From positions 460,470 through 524,469 of the forward strand of contig CAZFGX010000001.1 in NCBI GenBank assembly GCA_964518565.1: DNA of 64,000 nucleotides, given 5' to 3'. The notes under the pieces are model-generated. The model did not search any database, was not told where the DNA came from, and saw only the letters and a program-made list of their open reading frames with translations. A program made the translations under genes and the position numbers. Shown piece by piece: positions 28,060 to 36,886 of this stretch (position 1 is the first letter of the stretch; every line of letters starts with the position of its first letter). The stretch is from an uncultured Gammaproteobacteria bacterium. Its GTDB lineage: Bacteria; Patescibacteriota; Microgenomatia; CAZETR01; Amesbacteraceae.

Positions 28060-28641
28060 ATGTACAAAGCCATCTGGACTGCAATATTTGTCATCGGAGC
28101 GCCTGCGTTGATAGGAATAAGTCTATTTGCCCTCTCCACTTTTAGTCCCGTAATTCGGCCTATACCTACTGTATTAGGATCTAGCACCCAAGAAGTCGAT
28201 CAAACACCTAGCCAAATTTTGTCTGCCATTTCTGCCTCAGTCACCACTGCCGATGCCCGAGAATTAATTATTTCTCAATATTTGACCAAATACAATTCGC
28301 CACTAGTTCCATACGCCAAAAACATTGTCGACATTTCTGATCAATATAGTTTAGATTTTCGTCTATTAGTCGCCATAGCTCAGCAAGAATCCAATCTGTG
28401 TAAAAGAATTCCCGAAAATTCTCACAATTGTTGGGGCTTTGGCATTTATGGGGACAAGGTTACCCGGTTCGACAATTATCCCCAGGCTTTTGCTACGGTC
28501 GCCAAAACGCTCAAGCGTGATTACATAGACAAAGGCTTAGATACCCCCGAAGAAATCATGCGTAAATACACCCCTCCATCCATCAAACTCGGTGGACCGT
28601 GGGCCAAGGGTGTAAATCAATTTTTATCTGATTTAGAGTAG
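28060..28641 (+). CDS. membrane-anchored secreted protein, possibly lysozyme-like/transglycosylase-like
   Basis: N-terminal TM; AIAQQESNL resembles the catalytic E-S motif of SLT-type lytic transglycosylases. Confidence 0.35.
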   Translation: MYKAIWTAIFVIGAPALIGISLFALSTFSPVIRPIPTVLGSSTQEVDQTPSQILSAISASVTTADARELIISQYLTKYNSPLVPYAKNIVDISDQYSLDFRLLVAIAQQESNLCKRIPENSHNCWGFGIYGDKVTRFDNYPQAFATVAKTLKRDYIDKGLDTPEEIMRKYTPPSIKLGGPWAKGVNQFLSDLE

Positions 28642-28650
28642 AATAGAGTC

Positions 28651-29400
28651 ATGTCAGTCGCACATTACGATGATCCAGAATTTTCCTACGAAAAATATTG
28701 GCACAATCGTGCCTACGAACACGCAGCCGAAGAAATAGCACTAACAAAACTCCTCAAAGGCAAAAAATTTACAAATGCCGTAGATATCGGTGGGGGATAT
28801 GGCCGTTTGTCTACTGTTCTACAACGATATGCCAACCATGTAACATTGGTCGAACCCTCTCAAAAACAGCGCACAATAGCCAAACGTTTTCTAAAAGATT
28901 TTCCTCAAATCACTATTAAGTCAGGCCTTTCAGACAAAACTCAACTAGAAGACAATTCTCAGGACTTAGCCATGATGGTTCGGGTCACCCATCATTTACC
29001 CGACCTCAAGCCCACTTTGGCTGAACTGTCTCGTGTTCTCAAGCCCAAAGGGCTACTTATTTTAGAGGTTGCCAATTCTCGCCATTTCAAAGCCTGGATA
29101 AAAAGTTTGGCCACAGGTCAACCTATTTTGCCTATGCCCGTAGAGCGTCGCAGTAGCGCCAATATTCGCAAAAATACTATTGCATTTGTAAACCATCATC
29201 CTGGTACAGTCTCTAAACTTTTAGCTCAATCTGGCTTCAAAATATCTCGATCATTATCGGTATCTAATTTTCGTTCACCTCAATTAAAAAAATTCCTACC
29301 AAAATCAATCCTACTAAACCTGGAGTCCGCTACCCAAACCCCCTTAGCCAGAATAAACTTTGGTCCCAGTATCTTTCTTTTGTGTCACAAGTCTACCTAA
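28651..29400 (+). CDS. class I SAM-dependent methyltransferase
   Basis: AVDIGGGYGRLS (motif I), LAMMVRVTHHLPD. Confidence 0.75.
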   Translation: MSVAHYDDPEFSYEKYWHNRAYEHAAEEIALTKLLKGKKFTNAVDIGGGYGRLSTVLQRYANHVTLVEPSQKQRTIAKRFLKDFPQITIKSGLSDKTQLEDNSQDLAMMVRVTHHLPDLKPTLAELSRVLKPKGLLILEVANSRHFKAWIKSLATGQPILPMPVERRSSANIRKNTIAFVNHHPGTVSKLLAQSGFKISRSLSVSNFRSPQLKKFLPKSILLNLESATQTPLARINFGPSIFLLCHKST

Positions 29401-29414
29401 TAACAAGGCTCAAA

Positions 29415-29443
29415 TTGACAAACCAAACACCCCATAGTACAAT
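29415..29443 (+). promoter_or_regulatory. near-consensus sigma70-type promoter (TTGACA-17 nt-TACAAT)
   Basis: ttgaca aaccaaacaccccatag tacaat. Confidence 0.45.
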
Positions 29444-29449
29444 ATATGT

Positions 29450-29526
29450 AGGTTTCGTGGCTTGGGCTAAAACCCAGGCTGTGGGATTTTAAAGCCTCGA
29501 CATTGGGCAGGAGTCGGGGCTTTTTT
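29450..29526 (+). ncRNA. candidate small RNA of about 75 nt, between the consensus promoter and a hairpin plus T6 terminator
   Basis: Internal hairpin cttgggctaaaacccagg and terminator gcctcgac...gtcggggc tttttt; no ORF. Confidence 0.3.
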
Positions 29527-29534
29527 AGTTGTAT

Positions 29535-30092
29535 TCAATCTTCATATCCCATATTTTCTTCATCTGGATCTGTCAAAATTTTGCTTCGAGTAGATCTCTT
29601 AGGTAAACGGACAGCGCGAGGTCTATCCCAAGGTGCATCAGAAACTACAACCTTGTCTTCTTTAGTTATGTGTGGTCCGGGTTTTAAAACGTAATCCAAA
29701 TGTGTCGAAAATGCTTGAATTTGTTTTTGCCGCTGCATCCTCAATACACCCAACCCACCTCGTTGTTCGGTGGACTCACTAGTCAAATATTCATTTACAA
29801 TTTGGTCATTGTCCTTATGAAGCTTCGCCAATGTTTGCCTACATTCAACTTCAGAAATTTTCGGAGAAAGAGCTACAGACCATGGTAATTCCGATTTGTG
29901 TTCCAGTTGTCTACCCAAACAATACGCCTTTGCCAAAGCCGAATATAAATAGTTGCGATAGACTGTCCGCATGATTTTTTTCTCATGTGGTTTATTTAAC
30001 ATTTGTCGTAAATTGTCTACCTCTTTCCATTGATCACTTAATTCATGCCTAAGCCGCACTTCTTCAGACTCTGGGGCAACCGAAACCTCCAT
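29535..30092 (-). CDS. hypothetical protein
   Basis: 185-aa charged ORF. Confidence 0.4.
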   Translation of the reverse strand: MEVSVAPESEEVRLRHELSDQWKEVDNLRQMLNKPHEKKIMRTVYRNYLYSALAKAYCLGRQLEHKSELPWSVALSPKISEVECRQTLAKLHKDNDQIVNEYLTSESTEQRGGLGVLRMQRQKQIQAFSTHLDYVLKPGPHITKEDKVVVSDAPWDRPRAVRLPKRSTRSKILTDPDEENMGYED

Positions 30093-30127
30093 TAAAAAAC
30101 TATAACATATGAGATAATACTAATATT

Positions 30128-30413
30128 GGGCTGGTGGTGAAATTGGTATACACGCAGGTTTTATAACGAGCGAAGTACAACGAAGCGAGATATATGAAAG
30201 GATCCAAGAGCGAATGCGATTGGGAGGTTTCCTTTCATATGAACCTGTGGGAAAATAGGCTGGTAAATCTGGGCTGGTGGTGAAATTGGTATACACGCAG
30301 GTTTTATAACGAGCGAAGTACAACGAAGCGAGATATATGAAAGGATCCAAGAGCGAATGCGATTGGGAGGTTTCCTTTCATATGAACCTGTGGGAAAATA
30401 GGCTGGTAAATCT
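30128..30413 (+). repeat. two perfect tandem 143-nt repeats; each is tRNA-Leu(TAG) nt 1-35, then a 74-nt structured insert, then the anticodon 3' stem, then 22 nt of non-tRNA sequence
   Basis: Units 30128-30270 and 30271-30413 are identical; the insert contains a 12-bp perfect stem catatgaaagga/tcctttcatatg. Confidence 0.85.
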
Positions 30414-30496
30414 GGGCTGGTGGTGAAATTGGTATACACGCAGGTTTTAGGAACCTGTCTCCAAAAGAGGTGGAGGTTCGAGTCCTCTCCAGCCCA
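30414..30496 (+). tRNA. tRNA-Leu (anticodon TAG)
   Basis: gggctggtggtgaaattggtatacacgcaggttTAGgaacctg...; long variable arm. Confidence 0.8.
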
Positions 30497-30506
30497 CAAA
30501 AAAAAC

Positions 30507-30547
30507 GCCCCTTTGGTTGGATACTCCAACCTCCGGGGCTTTGTATT
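30507..30547 (+). terminator. rho-independent terminator-like hairpin after tRNA-Leu
   Basis: gcccc tttggttggatactccaacctcc ggggc, then T-rich tract. Confidence 0.45.
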
Positions 30548-30581
30548 AAATTGTTTATCGATTCAAAACCTTTCGGTTTCA

Positions 30582-30806
30582 CTATTTCACTACTGAAATA
30601 GAGCTTTCTGAATATGGAATATTCAAATGGATCAGCGCTGCGCGAAATTTCATTTCGGCGTCAACATCTGGAAAACTCACTTCGGTATTAAACCCATTCG
30701 ACTTCTGATAAGCCATCGGTATTGCCTTTTTTTCCTCCAATCGCTTTTTCCACATCTCCATCATTCCGTCTTGCACTTTTAACGTATCCAAAACAAAAAA
30801 AACCAT
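30582..30806 (-). CDS. hypothetical small protein
   Basis: 74-aa ORF. Confidence 0.3.
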   Translation of the reverse strand: MVFFVLDTLKVQDGMMEMWKKRLEEKKAIPMAYQKSNGFNTEVSFPDVDAEMKFRAALIHLNIPYSESSISVVK

Positions 30807-30968
30807 AAATCCTCCAAAAAACTAGAATCGATTGTCAAACAGCGTTTGTAAACACAGCGCAATAAATGCGAAATGCACAAATGTAACTGTGCTTAAAAAC
30901 TAAGACTAGTTATAACACAAAATAAGACAAATTACAACTATAGGCCTATATTTGAGGCTAGATTAGCA

Positions 30969-32438
30969 TTGATCTCACTTGAATATGGGTATATCATAGC
31001 CAAAGATATGTCAACCCTTTTTTCTGCTGTTCGCCTGGCGGATATAGCCGATGTGGCTATTGTCGCCATTATTATCTACAACATCTTTATCCTTTTTAAA
31101 CAAACCCGTTCATACCTAATTTTTGTCGGCATTAGTCTCATGGCCGCTCTGTATGCCTGTGCAAAAATCTTTAATCTCTATTTGACCACACTCGCCTTAC
31201 AAAGCTTTTTTAGTGTTCTATTTGTCATTTTAGTGGTAATTTTCCAAAACGAACTCCGACGATTCTTTGAGTTTATTGCCTTACTTGGTACGCGTAGAGT
31301 AAAACTCAAAACCTCTATCACCCTTCCCATTCACGTCTCAGAACTCGTCCAGGCCAGTGCCCATTTAGCTCACGAAAAAATTGGCGCTCTCATTGTCATT
31401 CAGGGTAAAGATTCCCTCGATCGTTTTATCCAAGGTGGCCAACTCCTAGATGGCGTTATTTCCGAAAATGTTTTAGCTAGTATTTTTGACCCTAATTCAG
31501 CCGGTCACGACGGAGCTGTAGTCATAAATCAAAACCGCATCACTCAATTTGGTGCCCAACTGCCTCTGTCTACAAATTTCAAAGAAATTGGCAAGCATGG
31601 TACACGACACAGTGCAGCCGTAGGACTGTCAGAACGAACTGACGCACTCTGTATTATTGTGTCTGAAGAAAAAGGTACCATATCACTTGCCCGAGATGGC
31701 AAACTCAAAACACTTACAACTGCTGAAGATTTAGAAAAAGACTTGGGGAAATTCTTACGCGACAAACATTTGATAGCCAACAAAAATTTTGCCCAGGATC
31801 TGATTCAAAAAAATTCTAAGCTCAAACTCATTTCAGCGCTTTGTGCCATTGGACTTTGGCTTACAGTATCTGCCCGGACAGAAACCATTCAAAAAGATTT
31901 TTCTTTACCAATCACCATCAAAAATCTACCTGAAAACACCTTGATCGAAGATAGCAGTCCAAGAATGCTCACCGTTTCATTACAAGGTAGGGGAGAAGTT
32001 GCGTTTTCCAACATAGATGCTTCATCCTTAGAAATCAGTCTCGATGCAGACAATCTAAAAAGCGGCCTAAACACCGTCAACATCCCCACCTCCGCTATCA
32101 AGCGTCCTCTAAATCTAAATCTCGTAAGTGTTCAACCATCCACTGTCTATCTATTGGTAAAAAAATATAAACTCGTCAAGGTTCCAGTCAATCTTAAAAC
32201 AAAAAATTTACCCAAAAAACTAACTATCTCTAGTACCACAATTACTCCTTCAGAAATTGAATTTTGGTTGCCAGAAGAAGCTACAAAACCCGACACATTA
32301 GATACAAAAACTATTGATTTCAGTTCACTTACTGACTCCACGATTATTGAAACCGAAGCCATTATGCCCCCAGGCGCAAAACTAAAAAAAACCGACGATA
32401 GTAAAATCACCATTGCTATTACTATCGATAAAAAATAA
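30969..32438 (+). CDS. cdaA: diadenylate cyclase CdaA fused to a C-terminal YbbR-like (CdaR-type) region
   Basis: Three N-terminal TM helices; DAC domain GTRHSAAVGLSERTDALCIIVSEEKGTISLARDGK; then another TM and a roughly 200-aa YbbR-like domain in one uninterrupted frame. Confidence 0.8.
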   Translation: MISLEYGYIIAKDMSTLFSAVRLADIADVAIVAIIIYNIFILFKQTRSYLIFVGISLMAALYACAKIFNLYLTTLALQSFFSVLFVILVVIFQNELRRFFEFIALLGTRRVKLKTSITLPIHVSELVQASAHLAHEKIGALIVIQGKDSLDRFIQGGQLLDGVISENVLASIFDPNSAGHDGAVVINQNRITQFGAQLPLSTNFKEIGKHGTRHSAAVGLSERTDALCIIVSEEKGTISLARDGKLKTLTTAEDLEKDLGKFLRDKHLIANKNFAQDLIQKNSKLKLISALCAIGLWLTVSARTETIQKDFSLPITIKNLPENTLIEDSSPRMLTVSLQGRGEVAFSNIDASSLEISLDADNLKSGLNTVNIPTSAIKRPLNLNLVSVQPSTVYLLVKKYKLVKVPVNLKTKNLPKKLTISSTTITPSEIEFWLPEEATKPDTLDTKTIDFSSLTDSTIIETEAIMPPGAKLKKTDDSKITIAITIDKK

Positions 32439-33043
32439 TGTCATTTTTATTTGCTATTTTGCTCGCTCTTGCAACGTTTGCTCGTCAAAATGGATCTCTA
32501 AAACTCTCCCCACCATCTATTATCACCCCAGTGAATATAGATCAGTCACCTCTGTATCCCCGGCCTACTACTCAGCCTATACCAACTGATTCAGGCGAGT
32601 GGGGAATTGCTGTAAAAACTGGCGAACATACATATCAAATCAAAGTAAACAACGATGCTCAAATGGGTACACCTGCTCAAATTCTTAACGCTATTAATGA
32701 TCTACGGATTCGTAATGGTGCCCAACCGTTAAAAACCAATGAAAAAATTTGTGCTTACGCGCAGAGTAGAGCTGAATATTTCACAAAAATCCGTCAAGTA
32801 GACGAACACAAAGGCTTCAAAGAATTTTTAGAAAACGACGACGGTTTCGAAAAACTGGGATTTGGTTCATTAGGTGAAAATTCTTCGTATGGCTATATCA
32901 TGTCTGGAGTTCATTTAATTGAATTTGTATATATGCGCTCTCCAGAACACAACAAAAATCAGCTCGACCCCAAATGGGACCACGGATGTGTAGGAGTGTC
33001 AGAATCTGCAACAAATATTATTTTTGCTACCTCACCGCTGTAA
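32438..33043 (+). CDS. secreted hypothetical protein
   Basis: Signal peptide MSFLFAILLALATFA; 201 aa. Confidence 0.35.
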   Translation: MSFLFAILLALATFARQNGSLKLSPPSIITPVNIDQSPLYPRPTTQPIPTDSGEWGIAVKTGEHTYQIKVNNDAQMGTPAQILNAINDLRIRNGAQPLKTNEKICAYAQSRAEYFTKIRQVDEHKGFKEFLENDDGFEKLGFGSLGENSSYGYIMSGVHLIEFVYMRSPEHNKNQLDPKWDHGCVGVSESATNIIFATSPL

Positions 33044-34213
33044 AGTCAGTTGATAGTATTTATCTCCTAGGTATCCAGTGACTTCTGGACGAATCAATAA
33101 TCCGCCCATCAGTTGAGCTGGATACAAGGTAAAAACTCCAAAACGTTTATTTACCAGATCTGTGGCGTCCAGCAATGCTCGACGTCGTGGAAAAAGTTCA
33201 CACTGACCATCAAAAGCTAAATTGCTTATATGTACGCCAGCAAAACGCACAGCTGGAATCGGGCGCTGCAGATATTCTCGCCACAAAATATCAAAAATAA
33301 TCAATGGGTCTGCAGTCGGCGCTGCAATGGTTTTCCTAGCCCAAAAATCATCCAACCGTAGACTAAAAGTTCTTCCAGCCATTTTCATATCTCGCAGTTT
33401 AACGCAAGCCTCTTCCAACAAGTTCCGGGCTAAATCACGAATTTGTTTCTGATCTTCTACCAATTTAAATGTCGTAAATGTCCGCGACACACTCTTTGCT
33501 GGCTCTAAATCTTGAATTGGTGACAGAGGTTGATCCAATCTTAACCACACCAAATCATCAATATCAGAAGGTAAATCAGTCAACAATCTGGCCTGACCCA
33601 GAGTATAAGCACTTCGTTTGTGTAAATAGGCCGCACGAGCCCAACCAATACCACAAACTTCACCTACAGCTACATCATGAGTCACCGACAAATAATTTTG
33701 TCTGTTTAAAAATGTCAGACCATCTGGTTTTTGCAACTCAGAACCTAGTTTTGCCAAAAGTTTGGTAAAAGAAATACCAATAGAACACTTAAGCCAATCG
33801 CCCAGCTCTTCCCGAATACGCTGTTTGATAAGCATTGCAATTTCCCAAGCACCACCAGCAAATAAATGTTGGGTATTTGTAATATCAATAAAACATTCAT
33901 CAATGGAAAACACTTCCATATCTGGCGAATAGTCAGAAATAATCCGAGTCAAACCTTTAGTGACGCTAAAATATTTATCCATATCCGAAGGTACCAAAAT
34001 AATCTGTGGACACAGTTTTTTGGCCTCCCATACTGTAGTGCCAGTTTTTACTCCATATCTTTTTGCTTCGATAGAAGCCGCAATGACACAGCCCCGATCC
34101 TTCGCTTTAATAATTCCTACTGGTTTTCCACGCAAAGCCGGATTTGCCTGTTGTTCCACAGTTCCAAAAAAGGAATTCATATCTACATGCAAGATTGTCC
34201 GTTCAGTCTCCAT
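33032..34213 (-). CDS. dinB: DNA polymerase IV (Y-family, DinB)
   Basis: ILHVDMNSFFGTVE...LRGKPVGI and SIDECFIDIT. Confidence 0.85.
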   Translation of the reverse strand: METERTILHVDMNSFFGTVEQQANPALRGKPVGIIKAKDRGCVIAASIEAKRYGVKTGTTVWEAKKLCPQIILVPSDMDKYFSVTKGLTRIISDYSPDMEVFSIDECFIDITNTQHLFAGGAWEIAMLIKQRIREELGDWLKCSIGISFTKLLAKLGSELQKPDGLTFLNRQNYLSVTHDVAVGEVCGIGWARAAYLHKRSAYTLGQARLLTDLPSDIDDLVWLRLDQPLSPIQDLEPAKSVSRTFTTFKLVEDQKQIRDLARNLLEEACVKLRDMKMAGRTFSLRLDDFWARKTIAAPTADPLIIFDILWREYLQRPIPAVRFAGVHISNLAFDGQCELFPRRRALLDATDLVNKRFGVFTLYPAQLMGGLLIRPEVTGYLGDKYYQLTLQR

Positions 34214-34425
34214 AGTAGATCAGTCCGATCAAAAGCTAATTCAGCTAGCATTCCACCAGTGTCTACTGCAAAACATAAATATTTTCTGCCGGCATTTTTT
34301 CGTTCAAATTTCATAGTAATCCGTTTCACTTCATACCGTCTGCCATTCCAAGTAAACCGAATTGGGTAAATTTTTGTGCCCCAAAATGCTACATCTACTC
34401 CAACTGAATCTGTACTATCAACCAT
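34183..34425 (-). CDS. hypothetical small protein upstream of dinB
   Basis: 80-aa ORF overlapping the dinB start. Confidence 0.3.
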   Translation of the reverse strand: MVDSTDSVGVDVAFWGTKIYPIRFTWNGRRYEVKRITMKFERKNAGRKYLCFAVDTGGMLAELAFDRTDLLWRLNGQSCM

Positions 34426-34487
34426 AAACTAGTTCTACCCGAATATTACCCGAATGTCAATAAGAAATTTGGTAAAATAATTTAATT

Positions 34488-34781
34488 ATGGAAGCACCTC
34501 GTCTCTGGCGCACCAACAAAAAACGTCTAGAAATAGACTGTCAAGAAAGCGAAGTATATTCATATACAACTATTCATTATCCACCGACAGAATATACAGA
34601 TCAAACGCCACTCCTGATGGCACTTATTAAAACTGGGACAAGGCTTATCATGGCTCAACTTACAGATGTAGATGCAAATGATGTATATATCGGCATGCCT
34701 ATTGAACCTGTTACTCGAATTCTTCGCCAAGATAAAACTGGTATTGTTGTGTATGGCAAAAAATATCGACCCAAAATATAG
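34488..34781 (+). CDS. hypothetical protein
   Basis: 97-aa ORF. Confidence 0.3.
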   Translation: MEAPRLWRTNKKRLEIDCQESEVYSYTTIHYPPTEYTDQTPLLMALIKTGTRLIMAQLTDVDANDVYIGMPIEPVTRILRQDKTGIVVYGKKYRPKI

Positions 34782-34793
34782 TAAGATACACCA

Positions 34794-35408
34794 ATGAAAC
34801 AAGTAATTATTATTTGTATCATTGCTGCAGTCGGCGTCGCAGGATTTATCCTGCTAACACAAAAACCCAAAGATGAGACCTTGCAAATGAGCTATAATAC
34901 GACTACAGACACAACAACAACGCCAATACCCACACCCATGTCAACCACACCCACCATATCCTCCACACCAATTACTGGCAAACCCCATGTGGAATTTACA
35001 ACCTCCAAAGGCAAATTTGTTATCGAAATGAATCCTAGTGTGGCTCCAAAAACAGTCGCCAATTATCTAGACAAATGGACCACAGGATATTGCGAAGGCT
35101 TAACGTTTCATCGAGTAGAAGATTGGGTAGTTCAAGGTTGTGACCCATTAGGTAACGGCACAGGAGGAAATAGCACCTTACCTACAGAAACATCCCAAGA
35201 ATCATTTACAGTTGGTAGTGTAGGTGTAGCACGCAAGGCTTTTCCCAAAGAAATCTCCAACGACTCTCAATTTTTTATCGTCAAAACAGACGCCACATTT
35301 TTGAATGGAGATTACACCTGGTTTGGTAAAGTCATTTCAGGGATGGATGTAGTGAATAAAATCGCAGTTGGTGATAAAATCCTCAAAACCTCACGTGTCG
35401 ACAAATAA
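34794..35408 (+). CDS. cyclophilin-type peptidyl-prolyl cis-trans isomerase, membrane-anchored
   Basis: N-terminal TM, Thr/Pro-rich linker, HVEFTTSKGKFVIEM...FHRV...QGCDPLGNGTGG. Confidence 0.8.
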   Translation: MKQVIIICIIAAVGVAGFILLTQKPKDETLQMSYNTTTDTTTTPIPTPMSTTPTISSTPITGKPHVEFTTSKGKFVIEMNPSVAPKTVANYLDKWTTGYCEGLTFHRVEDWVVQGCDPLGNGTGGNSTLPTETSQESFTVGSVGVARKAFPKEISNDSQFFIVKTDATFLNGDYTWFGKVISGMDVVNKIAVGDKILKTSRVDK

Positions 35409-36114
35409 TTCTTCCCCCATTACCCGGCATCCAAACGGCAATATTGAATTGTCGCTCTCTTTGGCATGGCCAGATATTAAATCTGGATACGAAAAAGAAG
35501 TACTAATTGCTGTAGAAAACACACAATTGCCGGGATTTCGTAAAGGCAAAGCTCCTAAAAATATGGTTGAAGCCCGCTTGGACAAAACTAAGGTCTACTC
35601 CGCGGCTATTCAAAAACTTTTACCATCTATATACTCAGCTGCAATCACCGAGCACAAACTCAAGCCAATTTTATCTCCCAATATTTCCCTTAAAAAGGGT
35701 GACGAGGGGACAGACTGGGAATTTACTGCCGTCGTCTGTGAAATGCCTGAAGTCGTCTTACCAAAAGATTGGGAGGCAGATCTGAAAAAGTTAAAAATTG
35801 TCGAAAAAGACGATAAATTGACCAAAATTATTGAACAATTAAATCAAAAAATCACCATTACGGTTCCCGATCTATTAGTAGAAGAAGAAGCGGAGCATCG
35901 ATTGTCACATTTAGTAGAAAATCTTACTCAATTAGGCGTAAATACCGAGACATATCTGGCCAGCAAAAAAATGACAGCGGAAGATCTGCGCGCTCAAACA
36001 GCGACTCAAGCAAGAAATGATCTGGCAACTCAATTTATTTTGAGTCAAATTCAAACCGAAAAAGAATTCAAAACCCGTCAGGAAACTCTAGATTTTTTGA
36101 TCAGTTTGCTATAA
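35368..36114 (+). CDS. tig: trigger factor-like chaperone, short form lacking the PPIase domain
   Basis: Ribosome-binding signature LPGFRKGKAPK, then a C-terminal arm-like region; only 248 aa. Confidence 0.55.
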   Translation: MVIKSSKPHVSTNNSSPITRHPNGNIELSLSLAWPDIKSGYEKEVLIAVENTQLPGFRKGKAPKNMVEARLDKTKVYSAAIQKLLPSIYSAAITEHKLKPILSPNISLKKGDEGTDWEFTAVVCEMPEVVLPKDWEADLKKLKIVEKDDKLTKIIEQLNQKITITVPDLLVEEEAEHRLSHLVENLTQLGVNTETYLASKKMTAEDLRAQTATQARNDLATQFILSQIQTEKEFKTRQETLDFLISLL

Positions 36115-36145
36115 TAAACTCACGAAAAATAGACCCATAGTATAT

Positions 36146-36739
36146 ATGGCAAACAAATCTCAATCCAAACGAACCCAACCAGTCAACTTTCTCGAAGCCT
36201 TGCGCGATCTAGGTCAGGGTGTAACTTCCGAAGCGAAAGTTCAGATCAAAAATATTGTAACAGACGATATTCCTGAATCATTTGGCTTTCCCACATCTGG
36301 CACACTCCACCCGAATGAATCTTTTTCTCCCCACAAAAAAGAGGCTTACGAAAATTCATATACATCTAGTCGTCTCATGCAAGTCAAAGAAGAAGAACAG
36401 GCCCAACTACGCCGAAACGAAGCCCAATTACGAGAACAGATCACCAGTCTGCAACAAGAAATTCGTAAATTAGCCAGTTCAATGGGTGAATTCGCCCAAG
36501 AGGTTCAAGCTGCAACCTCGCAAGCAGTTATCAATCCAGGTATATATCACAAAAACTTCTTTCACCAATTGCGATCAGTTATTGTCACAATGCAAAAACG
36601 CGTAAATGAATCAAAACACTGGCTGGCAGAATGTAATAGCCGCGGAAAAAAGAAAAGTTATTATTGGTCAAATGTTCAAAAATCGGGGACTAGCTACATG
36701 CTCTCATCTGAGCGGTATATGGTAACCAGTACAGGATAA
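36146..36739 (+). CDS. hypothetical coiled-coil protein
   Basis: 197 aa with a central coiled coil (EEEQAQLRRNEAQLREQITSLQQEIRKL). Confidence 0.35.
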   Translation: MANKSQSKRTQPVNFLEALRDLGQGVTSEAKVQIKNIVTDDIPESFGFPTSGTLHPNESFSPHKKEAYENSYTSSRLMQVKEEEQAQLRRNEAQLREQITSLQQEIRKLASSMGEFAQEVQAATSQAVINPGIYHKNFFHQLRSVIVTMQKRVNESKHWLAECNSRGKKKSYYWSNVQKSGTSYMLSSERYMVTSTG

Positions 36740-36812
36740 CTATGGCAACGATTCTTGGCACACTTCTCTTCGTACACCTGCTTCTACTTTCGTACGATAT
36801 AATAAGCCACAA

Positions 36813-36886
36813 GGAGCTATAGCTCAGTTGGCTAGAGCGTGGCATTGACATTGCCAAGGTCACAGGTTCGAGCCCTGTTAGCTCCA
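36813..36886 (+). tRNA. tRNA-Val (anticodon GAC)
   Basis: ggagctatagctcagttggctagagcgtggcattGACattgcca...; acceptor ggagcta/tagctcc. Confidence 0.85.

Noticed and set aside
27745-28187. ORFs 27745-28014 (+) and 27933-28187 (-)
   Set aside because: They overlap tRNA-Leu(CAG), tRNA-Val(TAC) and tRNA-Phe. They are spurious.
30128-30413. Possible CRISPR array
   Set aside because: There are only two units, each 143 nt and directly abutting with no spacers, and they are derived from the adjacent tRNA. No cas genes are present in the window.
30120-30582. Three overlapping minus-strand ORFs (30120-30350, 30161-30529, 30304-30582) with near-identical translations
   Set aside because: They lie entirely within the 143-nt tandem pseudo-tRNA repeats and the tRNA-Leu(TAG) gene. 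The repeated protein sequence is an artefact of the DNA repeat.
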